Notes: a model not told the origin generated them from the sequence alone. Counted from the first letter of the stretch, positions 39,642 through 54,504 are shown. The stretch is 64,000 nt of DNA from Octopus bimaculoides (GCF_001194135.2 NC_068999.1:20626939-20690938), one strand, 5' to 3'. Translations and numbers: made by a program.

Positions 39642-41137
39642 GTGTTAGCTTACTTGTCTTCGACATGGCCTCTGTCGCATAAGCATTCACATCTCATTCT
39701 GAAGTATTGCTGTCTCCATCTTATTCCTACTGTTAGCTAATATTTTCTTTCTTCATTTACTGTATGCCTCTATATTTCAGGTTATTTTAGTTTATTTCGG
39801 TATTTCATATATTTTACTTGCTTTCATTACTATTACCTCCATACATTTAGTCATTGTTTCTGCTAAAATATTACTATTAATGCTGATTGATACTCTTAAT
39901 ACGACTGCTTTTTTTATATATATATATTGTAATTCTATGCATATGCAATTTCTTTATTTTTATTTCAAAATATATGAAATGAATGTATGAATGAATAACG
40001 TATTGCATTAATGAATGCATTCTTCCTCTTCAAATAACGTTCTTTTGTCCAAAGACACAGAAGCAACTAAACAAATAAATATTCATAAACATTAGTTTCA
40101 AAATACTTGGCTAAAGAAAATGGCATTTATTTTTATATGAAAGGTCCTACATATATGCATTGTTTCTGTATGTTTGCGTATTGATAAAACGAATAAAAGA
40201 CTTCAGGGATAAAAATGCTTAACAACACAAATATATGTTTTAGTTTACAGAAAAGAAGAAAAAAATCACACATAATAATGACCTGTTCAATCATGTATCG
40301 ATTGGTGGAAGTTATTTTCTTTCCTTTTTTTTGTTTGTTTCTTTTCTTTTCTTTTTGAATTGTAGGAATTTGAAAAGAGCATCATTCACTTCAATCATTC
40401 AACAGATATATGGATTTCCTTATCTATTTACGATAGATATTTCAATAATTTCGAAAATACCCAGGGAAAAATTGTCCGTTGTATAATGTATATCAATACA
40501 AGTTATTGAAATATTTTCTTTCGAAATGAAGACGAGATGAATAATATGATTTACAACACACACACATAAGAATTATCTGAACAACTCTTACTGGTTTTAT
40601 CTGTATTCTTCTTCTTGCTTTTGCTGTTTATACATTTATTATTATTGTACAGGGGTCTATTAGTTCTAGGTTGTCTCGGTCATCAAAGGATATGTCAACG
40701 AAAAATAACCAGTACTTTGTTCCAGCGATATCTTTTTTCTCTATTGAAAATAAATGATAATCACTTATAATTGAGGAAAATTCGACTATCCTATGTGGAA
40801 ATTGTTTTAAATTTGTGAAGACATTTAAGAGACTTTTATTACAAAAGGAACAGCGACAACAGTCGTTGATGCTGCTGTTTCCACTACTACTGCTACTACT
40901 ACTACAACTACTACTTCTCTCAATGATGCGACAGACAAACGTGGGAAGGCCTTGAGGTTAATAGACTAACTGACTATTTGAAAATACCTCTCTCGAGATA
41001 TTTGAGTATTTCTCTCTGAAGAAACAATACAATACATCAGATTATGTAGAGGTAGACGTCTGAAGAAAGGATGAGTTAATGATGTTTAGAAAAGCTTTGA
41101 TCCTCTGTTATCTATATCAGAGAAGACTTAGAACTAA

Positions 41138-41166
41138 ACTAGCAATGCATCCCGGCGTTGCCCCGG
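41138..41166 (+). mobile_element. Possible Helentron/Lep1-like non-autonomous Helitron terminus
   Basis: ACTAGCAATGCATCCCGGCGTTGCCCCGG resembles ACTAG...CCCGGCGTTGCCCGG subterminal hairpin ends; the other end was not found. Confidence 0.35.
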
Positions 41167-42611
41167 TGTTATGACCTACAGGCGTATTGTATTATTTGTT
41201 CCTTTCTTATGGGCAGAATCAGCACCACTGATATATAGTTAGTAACATAATGGAAGTTATTGTTTGTTTAAAAGTGAAGGGGAGGGTACAATTTGCATGG
41301 GTTTGCATGACAATGCATGCTTTCTTTTCTTAAGAAGGATCACAAACTATATAGTGTTTCAGCGTATAAAAGGGTTTAAAAAGATCTTGTCCGGAAATCA
41401 CGTTTTCAAAATTTTAGTTTCCCTCCATCGTCAGTGCAATTTCTTAATTTGTAACTTTTAGGATATTCTTTTTTTTTTTTTTGTTATCTACGTAGAAAAA
41501 TACAGAGATTACGAATCAGGGAAATACATATATTTTTTTGTTTAATCTTTTTTTAAAGAAACACTCAATGCCCTTTCCCCCAGTGAAAAATGTATGAAAG
41601 TATATATGAAATGGATGTGTGTGTTTGAGAGAGAGTGAGTGAGTGCCACTTACGCATACGTGACAAAACACACGTTCACACACATTCTCTCTCTCTCACA
41701 CACACATGCACTTGTACATACAAAAGAGATGTATGCATATGTATTGATGTATACATATGTATTGATGTATGTGCGTATACATGACAACACACACCTTCAG
41801 TCATTCTCTTCCTCTCTCTCTCTTTCTCCCTTCCTCTCTTTCACTTTAAAACAAAAGTGAATAAATAAAAGTTTTTTACGGAAATTAACGAAGGCAGATG
41901 ACAGCTCTGCAAGTCAAAACGAAAGATCACCGCAGGAACTTAGTTTATTATAATACAGATGTGACTATTTCGGAGAAACATTACTTTCATTATTCTCACA
42001 TTGTCAGTCTCGTAATCGAACACTGTAATTTTGGTTGAAATTGAAAGTGTAAAATTCTTTTCACTTTTTAATGAAGCCTAGTCGTTGTAACTTTCAATAT
42101 CAGCGCGTTTCACTCTTTCAAGTAAAGTCACATGCATATACTGAAACACACACACACAGACAAACATTAACTCACACCTCAAGCCTATCTCTGTCCCTGT
42201 GTGTGTCCGTCTTTAGATGTGTGTGTGTGTCAGTCGTCACAAAAATTTATGTACTGACAGACACAAACACCATTACTCATATATAAGTCATCGGCGTAAC
42301 GTAGCTAACGAACGCGCGAACATATAGAAAATGTGACGTTATCGTCGTTGTAGTCGTGGTGGAAAACATGTCGCTCACGATAGGTGACTAAAAGAAAAAT
42401 GATAATCGTAAATTTTTGTGATGCAAATAAGTGAATGAAACTATACTTCAATTGGTAGCCAAAAGCTTACTGAATCTTTTGATACCCCACGCTTCAAAAA
42501 CGACAACATACGTTCACACAATAGAAACTCTCTCTTATATATATATAAGATAGAATCTGTGCTACGACTAATAAAACTACACTTACTAGTACTGCTAAAC
42601 TTAAGCTGCTG

Positions 42612-42614
42612 CTC

Positions 42615-42682
<68 letters not shown>

Positions 42683-42746
42683 CAGCAGCAGCAGCAGCAG
42701 TAGTAGTGGTGGTGGTTGTAGTAGTAGTAGTAGTAGTAGTTGTAGC

Positions 42747-42787
<41 letters not shown>

Positions 42788-42839
42788 CAGCAGCAGCAGT
42801 AGTAGTAGTGGTGGTGGTTGTAGTAGTAGTAGTTGTAGC

Positions 42840-42893
<54 letters not shown>
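42612..42893. repeat. Compound (AGT)n/(AGC)n/(GGT)n microsatellite with an internal higher-order duplication
   Basis: The block GCAGCAGCAGCAGTAGTAG(TAG)TGGTGGTGGTTGTAGTAG...TTGTAGCAG occurs twice. Confidence 0.9.
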
Positions 42894-44369
42894 TAGCAAT
42901 TGTTATAACATCATTTCAAAGGGATATCACTATAATGAGAGAAAACAATCTTATAACGTTTAACTTTCTCTTTTGTTGGATTCTGTGACATCTATTCTAT
43001 TTTAGAGTTTAGATATGGGTGTTTGCATACATATGTATTCATGTACTCGCTTTACGCGTGTGTGTCTATCTGTTTATGTATGTGTATGAATGTATATGAA
43101 TGTATATATATGTATGTAGTATATGTGTGTGTGTGTGTATGTGCGCGTGTGTGTGTGCGTATGTGTGTGTGTAGTCTTATGCTATTCAGTTCCATTTACA
43201 TAATTATTTACAATTTGTTATCAACACCGTGTGAACCCAGGTGTTTTCACGATATATTTACATAATTAAGAACGCCATGAGAAGATTTGAGACACGTTCC
43301 GAGACTCGGATTGTGCATGCATTTTAAAACGAAACCCATAATCTTATTATAAATTTTCCGATTACTAATTTCAAATATTCCTTTACAATAACATCTGCAA
43401 ATCGTTTGTATTCGTTTGATCTTTGGCCCACATAAAATGTGTTTTGTCTGACATCGTACATAATATCTGAATTTGAACTACGTACACTTATTTACAGATA
43501 AGTGAAGGTGGCGTCAATATTGTTACTTACTTTGCAACTGGTATTCAATTTCGTCTGTTATTTGTAGCTCACTAAGTCGACATTGCGTCAAACAGCAGAC
43601 GATTCGAGTCATGCATTCCCCTGAATTTAACATATTGTGTCCTTCGCTGGCTCACTTTACCTACGACTCAATAACTTGCGGGAAATGGCAGCCAAAACCC
43701 CTCTAAAATTATTGAATAATCCAGTCCTGGAAAAGGGGAATGTGTCCATATGATAATGTGATACTCAAGAGAAAGACACACTATGCATGTTATTCCAAAA
43801 CACAATATAATTTTTGATTCTTTAAGCTAAGTATAAATACAGAAATGAATTTCTCTTGGAAAATAATAGAACTTATTCAGTTTGATAGAGATACAATACG
43901 TGCAATATAATTTTTTTGAAATATTTAAAAAAAATTAAGGCACTGTATCGAGGTTATGTACAGCTCGTAAAATTCTAAGCTCACTACACTATGATATATG
44001 ACAGATTTTACCGACCAATCCAGTCATAGGGAAAGGCTGAAGCGTAAAGACGTAGAAACGCATATGTAGTCATTTATGTTTTGATACATGTTCTGCATTA
44101 AGAGAATGTTATACTGCGATTGTTTCAGTAGTAAAAAGTTTTCCAAATTCGAATACATAAGAAGACGTTGAATATGACTGTAAGTATGTATGTGCGTACA
44201 TATGTAGGTATAGATGTAAGTATGTATGTATACATGTATTTATGTAAAATTATATACTGTAAAATTATAAACCAACTTATTTTCGAACATATATTATTTT
44301 ATATCATATTTTTATACTTAAAATCACAGACATAAGTGTTTTGTGTGGGAATATAGTCGGTTCTGTGGA

Positions 44370-45810
44370 AGGTTTGAATGCGGCTGAGGGTCTGAAACGA
44401 AACATTAAAAAAATATATTTCCAGACGTTTTCGCAGATGAGCTGGGTTGCTGCACTAAAACAAGGTCAAAAAGTGTAGTAAAACACAGAGCAACACCTGT
44501 ATTTAAGCCAAAATGGAATGTAGCGTTCGAGACTATAGAACAGGTAGACAAGGAACATGAAAGACTTGAAAGCCTACGAATAATCGAGAAGACATACCAC
44601 TCGGACTGAGCAGCACTTACGGTCTACGTTAAAAAGAAAAAATAATGAGTTAAGAATTTTTGCAGATTTTGCAACGGGGTTGAAAGATTGCTTTCCTGGA
44701 GAAGTTTTCGCAAAATCAAATGGAGAGAAATTCTTCTCAAAATTTGGCATGTTGGAGGCATGTCTACAAATTCAAGTAGAAGAATGATCACACTTATTAA
44801 CCACCAATACACACCATGGCTTATTTAAATTTAAGCGGCTTCCCGTCGGTGTAAAAGTGACTTCTTCCATATTTCAGCAAGACTGTGATCTTGCTATGGC
44901 CTATTTAAACGATATCCTAATAAAATGCGATTTACTTGAACAACATGTAGAACACGTTAAAAGACCATTCGAAAAGATTAGAGAATAAGGTTTCAAGTTA
45001 ACGGAAGGAAAATGCGAGTTCTTTCTGAGAAAATCAAATACTTGGGTCAGATAATAGGAAAAAAAACGGGCGGAAACGGGATCCATATAGAGCAACTACG
45101 ATACAAGATATTCCCACGCCGAATAATGTGAATATGCTACAAGCATTCTTGGGTTTAGTAAATTACTATTAAGTTTACATTCACAATATACATAATGTAA
45201 GGGCCCCGATAAATGATTTGTTAAAACAAAAGGCAAAATGGTGCTGGATTGATAAGTGCCAGAAGGTATGTGACAAATTAAAAACTATCTTAATGCCTGA
45301 CTTATCGTTAACACATTTTGATCTAAAATTGGATATTACATTGGCTACAGAATCGAATGGTGACGGTGTACGAGCCATGCTTCTGCACAAATATGACAAT
45401 GGGAGTAAAAAAGCTATAGCCTGTGCGTCCCGATCGTTATTATCAGCTGAGAGGAACTATAGTCAGATAGAAAAGGAAGCGTTAGCAATTAAATGCGATG
45501 TGAACAAAATTCAATAAATTTATTCATGGAAGAGGTTTCTGTCTACAAAGAGATCATCGCCTACTACTGTCAATATACGGTTCTAAAAAAGGAATACCAA
45601 TACACACAGCGAAAAGAAAGTAGGGCATGTGGGTGGTTTGTCCAGACTAATACCGAAACTCTGCCAGCCATTCGAAGATACGGTAATCGCACCTATAAGA
45701 TCAGAAGGAAAACTAAAAAAACATGATGTGGAATCGGTACGTAAATTACTGGTAACCCTAGAAGACATAAAACGAAATGCGGTAGGGGACAAATTCATAA
45801 AAGAAATGAA
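44370..45810 (+). mobile_element. Decayed Ty3/Gypsy (K02A2.6-like) pol fragment: RT and RNase H
   Basis: PDVFADELGCCTK, ATPVFKPK, GLFKFKRLPVGVKVTSSIFQ, AYLNDILI, IKYLG, ACASRSLLSAERNYSQIEKEALAI and GGLSRLIP. Many stops and frameshifts; no LTRs seen. Confidence 0.9.
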
Positions 45811-48016
45811 AAGAATATATATATACATATATATATACATATATATANNNNNNNNNNNNNNNNNNNNNNNNNNNNNNNNNNNNNNNNNNNNNNNNNNNNN
45901 NNNNNNNNNNNNNNNNNNNNNNNNNNNNNNNNNNNNNNNNNNNNNNNNNNNNNNNNNNNNNNNNNNNNNNNNNNNNNNNNNNNNNNNNNNNNNNNNNNNN
46001 NNNNNNNNNNNNNNNNNNNNNNNNNNNNNNNNNNNNNNNNNNNNNNNNNNNNNNNNNNNNNNNNNNNNNNNNNNNNNNNNNNNNNNNNNNNNNNNNNNNN
46101 NNNNNNNNNNNNNNNNNNNNNNNNNNNNNNNNNNNNNNNNNNNNNNNNNNNNNNNNNNNNNNNNNNNNNNNNNNNNNNNNNNNNNNNNNNNNNNNNNNNN
46201 NNNNNNNNNNNNNNNNNNNNNNNNNNNNNNNNNNNNNNNNNNNNNNNNNNNNNNNNNNNNNNNNNNNNNNNNNNNNNNNNNNNNNNNNNNNNNNNNNNNN
46301 NNNNNNNNNNNNNNNNNNNNNNNNNNNNNNNNNNNNNNNNNNNNNNNNNNNNNNNTATATATATATATATATATATATGTATGCATGTATGTATGTATGT
46401 AATTATGCATGTATATGTATGTGTTTGAAAGTATGGGCGTGTGATGAATTTCTAGGCTTGCTTACAGAGAGAGAAGTAAAAAGAAAGAAAGAAGCTAGGT
46501 AAAAATCTCAATATAATTTTATCAGTTGCAAAAAATTTCTTTCAGTCATTCAGTGTCCGTCATACGTGAGGGCAATTATATCGTCTTTACCCTTCATCAT
46601 AATGAGATTGATAGAATGCATTACTCTTATTATCAGCTGAAGTCCCTGATAACAATGAGTCACTGCTTGGCATCAGTCAAGTTAATGCAAACATTGGAAG
46701 TGATCACAAATCATGGGTGTAATTGTATGACGGTAATTTATAAAAATAATATCCAACGCCATAGTTATTCTCAGAATTAAACTTTTCATGACAGATTTGA
46801 GCATCGGCAGGACTGCAGATCTCTTACAGAAGGCATTGACATCAGCAACGTTATCATGGTTGCTTTCAATGACTGAATTTCTTGAAGTGTATGTCACAAA
46901 ATATTTTCTGTCCAATAATGGGAATTTATGAGAGCAGTGACTTCATATGATCACAGTCCATTCACTAGAGATTCCAGAACCCAATAAAAGAAACACAATG
47001 CTGGGCGATTTACTTCAAAACAGAGGAAGACTAACAGACAATGCTATAGTATAAATGTAACCTCAAAGACAACAGAATGTATACCTCAGCATAACTATAG
47101 GCTATCTTACGCCACTCCTGACTGAACGTGACCAAGCTTAAATGTCTTCCAAGGATGTCTTTTCATATCTATAATATATCTTAAATTATATAAGATCATA
47201 TACCATTCATTTCATAAGTCGAAGGGTATGATTTTAGAGAAATATGGTTGCTATTTCTTGGAGATGGAACGAACGCATAAAGGCATGTTTGTTGCTGTTA
47301 GTTAAATATAAGCTAACGCGGAAGAATTTATAAAGAACAAAATACCAAAATAAAACACAAGAAGAGAAATAAATTACACCTCTTAAAATTTACTAGAACA
47401 TCAAATATGTAATTTACTAGAAGACTATCCGAGAAATAACTCATCTATTTATTTTCTTAGTTTTTTTTTTTTGTTTTTTTCGGATAACATCATAAATTCA
47501 CGTTAGTTGATATAATTTTAATCTCTTATGTATTTTTAATCTTCCTACTTAGAAAGATACTATATCACTCGCGAAGTGAACAAGGAAAACCATTTAACGT
47601 TATTCGAAAATATAAAAAGTTCGCGTATTATGTTTATTATTTCATTTCCTTTTTGTTGTTGCTGTGTATATTTTTATTAATTTTGTTTTCTGCAGTTTAA
47701 ATTTTAATCGTTATTTGATAGTTAGATAAGAAAGTAGGTTGTATTACAATATATTGCAATTTATTGCTCTTAGAAATTACAAATTGCCGACGTTTGGTGA
47801 CAGTTATTGTTATAGCTTTTGCTTCATGGGTTCATCTATAAAGAAGCATCATTCTATGTGCCTGTTTATATATGTGTGTTTATAAGTGAATATTTCTATC
47901 TAAGTACGCATGCGCTCTACTGCGCACGCGTTTGTGTGTGTGTGTCTATAATCAATTGCAAATTTGTGTTTTAGTTATTTTTGTAGTTCCTATTATATTT
48001 GTATGCTCATAGTTCC

Positions 48017-48019
<3 letters not shown>

Positions 48020-48066
<47 letters not shown>
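48020..48066. repeat. (ATT)n microsatellite
   Basis: Visible run. Confidence 0.9.
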
Positions 48067-48067
<1 letters not shown>

Positions 48068-48629
48068 GGTATTATTTGTGACTTTATTGTCGCCGTTATT
48101 GTTGTTGTACTTCTTTTTCTACAATCCGCTTGATGTTTTGAATTAAAATCCTATTTGTATCAAATATATGCCTCACTTGAGTGAGTATTTAGTGAAATTC
48201 ACCGAGAAATATATGCATCAATTTATTTATTACGCCTTACAAAACATCAACGACCAACAACATTTACAAAAACATTACGAAGCAACACTCCCCAAAAATG
48301 AAATATCGACAACAATATAGTAATGACAGCAGAACGTATGAGCCAAAATATCGGGAACAATAAAAGCAATAACAAAAGTCACAACAAACACAATAACAAC
48401 AGAAATGTTGTCAGTATTAATAATGTTAGAATAAATTTTAAAATATGTACGTTGTTAACACAGGGTGACTGTTCAAGGTGAATGATGTTTTATATTCTGA
48501 AAATGCTTAAGAAATATATTTCCTCGAGGAAGAACGATGTTTAAACATAACCATCGTTAATACTATGCTTTCACGCTCCATATTCTATCAACCTCATGGC
48601 TAAAATCATTACCACAAATAAACTTCGTG

Positions 48630-49160
48630 TCGATCACATTCATCACCAACATTATCATTGTTGTCATCGACATCAAATTCATTTCTGAGTAAGTTTCATT
48701 TGTCATAAAGATTGATTGAAAAGCGAAATGGAAATGATATTTTTTATCAGATATTTTTGTGTGCAATTCATGGATAGGACAAGCAAGGGATCTGCTGATT
48801 GGAACTCAGAGTTGACATCATCGCAATATCCTTGATATAATCTCCGTGGGGGTGGCAAACATCACCATCAAGATCATCTTCAAAACGACCACGACTAGTA
48901 TCATTTTTATTATCGTTATCGTCGTTGGCATCAACATCATCATCAGCAGAATCATCACCATCATCATGAATAAAATATTGATAACTTTTATCAGAATGGT
49001 CAGTAATAGTAAAACATTCATCAATTGTATGATCGATCAATACTTACAAGTAGAAGAACAATAAAATAACACCAACTACACCTTCTCATTCTTATCACTA
49101 TTATCAACAACAGCAACTGCAGAAAACAACACCAATGCATATATCAATCATCCAAGTATT
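48630..49160. repeat. Degenerate ATC/AAC-rich low-complexity region
   Basis: Dispersed atcatc and aacaac runs produce I/M/D-rich pseudo-ORFs. Confidence 0.7.
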
Positions 49161-50009
49161 TACCAGTATCTACGACAACATTACTCATTAGGCCTGCCCG
49201 TTTTTGGAGAGCAAAGGGTGACTAGACGACTATGCCTGCTGCATTTTGCGAATAGAATAATTACGTTCAGGTTATCTTTGGGCAAGTAGGCCCATGATAT
49301 TAACCTTTTCTAGTTATAAATCTTACATTGTCTTCTCGTCAAGCATATTATACCTAAAACTACATTAACCAACCTGTCATTCTTGCGTATCAGGGAGCAG
49401 TTTGAGATTTGAGAACGATAAGCGTGATGTTATTTCAAACAAATCAAGCGACTGGTTCGAAGTAATGATGATGGTTCAAGGTGATCGTGATTGTTTGTAA
49501 AAGGAGATAATTATTTAATAAAAATAATGTTTGAAATTATTAAAGACGCCAAATAATTATTAACACTCGAATTTTCTTCTCCATTCCACAGATTTGACCG
49601 GAAAAAATATTCATATCCTCCAATAGTAATTTGACAAATCTGCCCGGAAATGCTGCAGATGTGTTAATTTTGAAACCCAGTGATAATTGGAACTGATTAT
49701 AATGTAATCATCAATGTTTGTGAACAAAGTCAATAACAGCAGCAACATCTGTAACGAAACTAAAATATCGACCATTATATTTTATATTTGCTTTGCAATG
49801 ATCAAACGTCTTTGTTTTTAATTTTGTAAATCTAGCAACATTTAGGATGCTTCACAGCAATATTAGATTTATTCCCATACTTAGTGGTAGTACTTAATTT
49901 TCTTACCACTGGAATGTTGACAGAAAATGTTACTCCCGGCGTTATTTGTGTACGTGCCTAGTTATTTCAAAGCGTCGAGTGGAACCAAGTTCAATGCTTC
50001 TCCATACTC

Positions 50010-50225
50010 TCTTACTCTTTTACTTGTTTCAGTCATTTGACTGCGGCCATGCTGGGGCACCGCATTTAGTCGAGCAAATCGACCACAGGACTTATTGTTT
50101 GTAAGCCTAGTACTTATTCTATCTGTCTCTTTTTGCTGAACCGCTAAGTTACGGGGACGTAAACACACCAACATCTGTTGTCAAGTGAAGTTGGGGGGAC
50201 AAACACAGACACACAAACATATACA
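50010..50225 (-). mobile_element. SINE family B, 3' half up to the internal microsatellite and gap
   Basis: TTTCAGTCATTTGACTGCGGCCATGCTGGGGCACCGC...GAACCGCTAAGTTACGGGGACG. Confidence 0.88.
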
Positions 50226-50242
50226 GACACATACATATACAT

Positions 50243-50274
<32 letters not shown>

Positions 50275-50283
50275 GTATGTATA

Positions 50284-50315
<32 letters not shown>

Positions 50316-50595
50316 NNNNNNNNNNNNNNNNNNNNNNNNNNNNNNNNNNNNNNNNNNNNNNNNNNNNNNNNNNNNNNNNNNNNNNNNNNNNNNNNNNNNN
50401 NNNNNNNNNNNNNNNNNNNNNNNNNNNNNNNNNNNNNNNNNNNNNNNNNNNNNNNNNNNNNNNNNNNNNNNNNNNNNNNNNNNNNNNNNNNNNNNNNNNN
50501 NNNNNNNNNNNNNNNNNNNNNNNNNNNNNGATCTACTGAAAGACAAGTCAACAATTGGAAATCTTTGTTATTTTATCTTGCTTTAGGGATTATTA

Positions 50596-50660
<65 letters not shown>

Positions 50661-51050
50661 TCCATATTGCAGTGTCTATACTGTCTTTTTTAACACAGTA
50701 AGTGTGTAAAGAAGTATGTAAAGATTTTCTCAGACGAAAATCCTCAGCTTCTGGCTTTTCAACTCACATACATTAAGTATGCGATATTGACAATGTTTAT
50801 AAGTATGCACATATGATTATAGGCTTGCTACGGAATTTCGATTTGGATGTATTTGGGGTACTTAAATGTATACGCGATTTCGCATCTACTTTTCCGTGGG
50901 TATGTCAAAGTATCTTATTTACTTTCTTTTTTGTGTTCCTCGCTGATGAAGGAATATTCCTTTTTGGATTAATACAGAAATCGGAACCAATTCGGGGGTA
51001 ACTAATAATACAAATGCAAATATTTTTTGCTCGTATTTATAATTGTATTT

Positions 51051-51124
<74 letters not shown>

Positions 51125-51789
51125 NNNNNNNNNNNNNNNNNNNNNNNNNNNNNNNNNNNNNNNNNNNNNNNNNNNNNNNNNNNNNNNNNNNNNNNNNNNN
51201 NNNNNNNNNNNNNNNNNNNNNNNNNNNNNNNNNNNNNNNNNNNNNNNNNNNNNNNNNNNNNNNNNNNNNNNNNNNNNNNNNNNNNNNNNNNNNNNNNNNN
51301 NNNNNNNNNNNNNNNNNNNNNNNNNNNNNNNNNNNNNNNNNNNNNNNNNNNNNNNNNNNNNNNNNNNNNNNNNNNNNNNNNNNNNNNNNNNNNNNNNNNN
51401 NNNNNNNNNNNNNNNNNNNNNNNNNNNNNNNNNNNNNNNNNNNNNNNNNNNNNNNNNNNNNNNNNNNNNNNNNNNNNNNNNNNNNNNNNNNNNNNNNNNN
51501 NNNNNNNNNNNNNNNNNNNNNNNNNNNNNNNNNNNNNNNNNNNNNNNNNNNNNNNNNNNNNNNNNNNNNNNNNNNNNNNNNNNNNNNNNNNNNNNNNNNN
51601 NNNNNNNNNNNNNNNNNNNNNNNNNNNNNNNNNNNNNNNNNNNNNNNNNNNNNNNNNNNNNNNNNTTATCTTATGAACTGTATTAGCTGACAGTTGTTTG
51701 TGCTATAAGAAGTAGAGGACTCATAGATGAGTCCTGAATAACACCTGATAGCTTCATCAGACACTCGAATATGAAGAGCAGCTGATATA

Positions 51790-51935
51790 TATAAATGTAT
51801 GTGTATTTATGTATGCATATGTATGTATGTATGTATGTATGTACGTATGTATGTATGTATGTATGTATGTATGTATGTATGGTTGTATGCATACGTATGT
51901 ATGCATGTATGTATGTATGTATGAATGTATGTATA
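51790..51935. repeat. (GTAT)n microsatellite
   Basis: Visible run. Confidence 0.9.
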
Positions 51936-53569
51936 CACACACAGTATGTTTGTGTGCGTGTGTGTGTATACCTATGTATGTTTATGCACAGAGAGTGTGT
52001 GGTGAGAGAGAGAGAGAGAGTATTGAAACATTCCCACAGAGCAGGAACGAAACCGAACCCGTATCTTCATAGTTGCGAAACAATTTCCGTCCCATATAGA
52101 CACACAACGCTACGCTGATCATAAATTTATATGGAAGCGTATTAATGAATGGATCGAATTACAAATATGTTACTGCTACTTATATTCAAAGCTCAGAAAC
52201 GAGAAAGTGGAACGCTAAAAGCAGGAGAGTCGAGATAAAGTATAGAGGGACGGAACTAAATACAATAAACAATGAAACCACCATGTTATCACGTCTTCGA
52301 ACATAGGAATTTGAACATAAGAACAAAAGCCCTTTTTTAAATGATCTAGCCTATGGAGGAAATATAATCTTCATGGCCCTTTTCAAGTTCTCGAAATTAC
52401 CTTCAAGCCAAATATCTCCAGAAAGCTTGCAACGAAATAGACTGCTATATATTACCATGATCCTAGAATGATGAAAGGTAATGCTGAAGAAAACGAGATT
52501 CATGCCTGCATTGTTAATAAAAAAAAAAGTGATAATGTTGTCCACTGGATTTCTTGCATATTTACGAAAACTTCTGACATGTTGAGATAAAAATTTATGA
52601 GTTTACACACACGTTAGATCCATAAGGCCCAGCTTAAGCACTGTATTTCCATTGACTCGTCTATGCACTTCATCACAACTGTTTAACTAAAATCGATACC
52701 GGTAATAAGATGTAGCGGTTTTAAGGGATTTTATATTTTCGTTTCAAAAATCGATGGGCTGGTGTTTTTTTTAAGAAACCATTGTTGCGACATTCCTTGT
52801 CCCTGATGTTGTAATTGTTGTTATTGCTGTTGTTGTTGTTGATGTTATATTCATTGTGTACTCCATTTCAATATATCAAAAGCAAAAATCAATATCTTTT
52901 GAAAGCCATGTTTGGTTAATATAATTAATATAATCATTTATTTAATTAATTATACTTTTATCATTAATTAATAATTCAACTAAATTCTAACATCAACAAG
53001 AAAGTAACTTCTGCATGCCATGCAAAAGAAGAAAGCAAACCAAAATATGAAAACGGAAGCCAAAGTGCTGCCTGACGCAAATTGTAGAAATTTCGAATCA
53101 AAAATAAAAGTAATAAATAAATAACATGAAATATCGGTTTGGTTTGAATTGCTAACATTTTCGAAAAGAAAATATGGACATGTCAGGCTTGTGTAATTTC
53201 ATGCTTATTCATATAATAATTAAAACAGAGAATAATAATTATGATGATAATACTAATTAAGCTGATAGTAATAATGATAATAATAATAATTATTATTATT
53301 ATAATAACAACAACAACAACAGTTAGAAGGAAAATGATAATATAATTAACATAATAAATATTAGTAATATTATTTATCATTTGCGGTTCTTACGGTTGCT
53401 AGTGTCATTTTCAAGTGACAAATTAAAATAGAAATAAATGTATTCTGGAGGAGGAAAATTGAAACATAATAGAAAACCGACATCGCAAAATAAAATATAA
53501 CGATGCATATAGTAAAATACAGTTTTATTACCAACTATAATTAAATTACTTTTAATTTAGACGTGTATG

Positions 53570-53780
53570 AAGGCGGTGAGCTGGCAGAATCGTTAGCACG
53601 CCGGGCAAAATGCTTGGCGGTATTTCGTCCATCTTTACGATCTGAATTGAAATTCCACTGATGTCGATTTCCTTTCATCCTTTTGTGGTCGATAAAATAA
53701 GTACTAGTTGAGCACTTGTGCCGATGTGATCGACTCATCTTCTTCCCCGAAATTATTGGTCTTTTGCCTAAATTCTTATC
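53570..53780 (+). mobile_element. SINE family A
   Basis: AAGGCGGTGAGCTGGCAGAATCGTTAGCACGCCGGGC head and TTTCATCCTTTTGTGGTCGATAAAATAAGTAC core. Confidence 0.88.
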
Positions 53781-54140
53781 CAATCTATTCGTGTATGATT
53801 TTCTCTGTTTGCATATAGATATATAAATGTGGGTGTGTGTGAAAATAAGTAATTTTTTTNNNNNNNNNNNNNNNNNNNNNNNNNNNNNNNNNNNNNNNNN
53901 NNNNNNNNNNNNNNNNNNNNNNNNNNNNNNNNNNNNNNNNNNNNNNNNNNNNNNNNNNNNNNNNNNNNNNNNNNNNNNNNNNNNNNNNNNNNNNNNNNNN
54001 NNNNNNNNNNNNNNNNNNNNNNNNNNNNNNNNNNNNNNNNNNNNNNNNNNNNNNNNNNNNNNNNNNNNNNNNNNNTGTAAACGATGGGGTGCAATGTTAT
54101 ATAGTATATATATATATATATATATATGTAATATAATACA

Positions 54141-54314
54141 GTTCTATATTTAAGAGATGAGGAATTATTTACATTTGGCGGATATTTGTTCTCATCTTGT
54201 TTGTTGTTAACACAACGTTTCGGCTGATATACCCTCCACTCTTCATCAAATGGCGTTGTGGTTAAGAGCGCGGTCTACTAACCCCAATATTCCGAGTTCG
54301 ATTCCAGGCAGTGA

Positions 54315-54361
<47 letters not shown>

Positions 54362-54504
54362 TCGAAAAATACTTTAGGAATGAAAACTCAGTTCGAAATT
54401 TCTTCAAGACACATGATGATGGCTGGAGGATATATCAGCCGAAACGTTGTGTTAACAAGAAATACAATGAGGACAAATAGCGTCAAATGTAAATGATGAA
54501 AATA

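Noticed and set aside
46526-46990. Non-repetitive, coding-looking stretch after the Gypsy gap
   Set aside because: No integrase or other recognisable motif in any frame; frequent stops.
50930-50990. CTGATGAAGGAATATTCC...GAAATC hammerhead-like motif
   Set aside because: No coherent stem II closing onto GAAA and no stem I.
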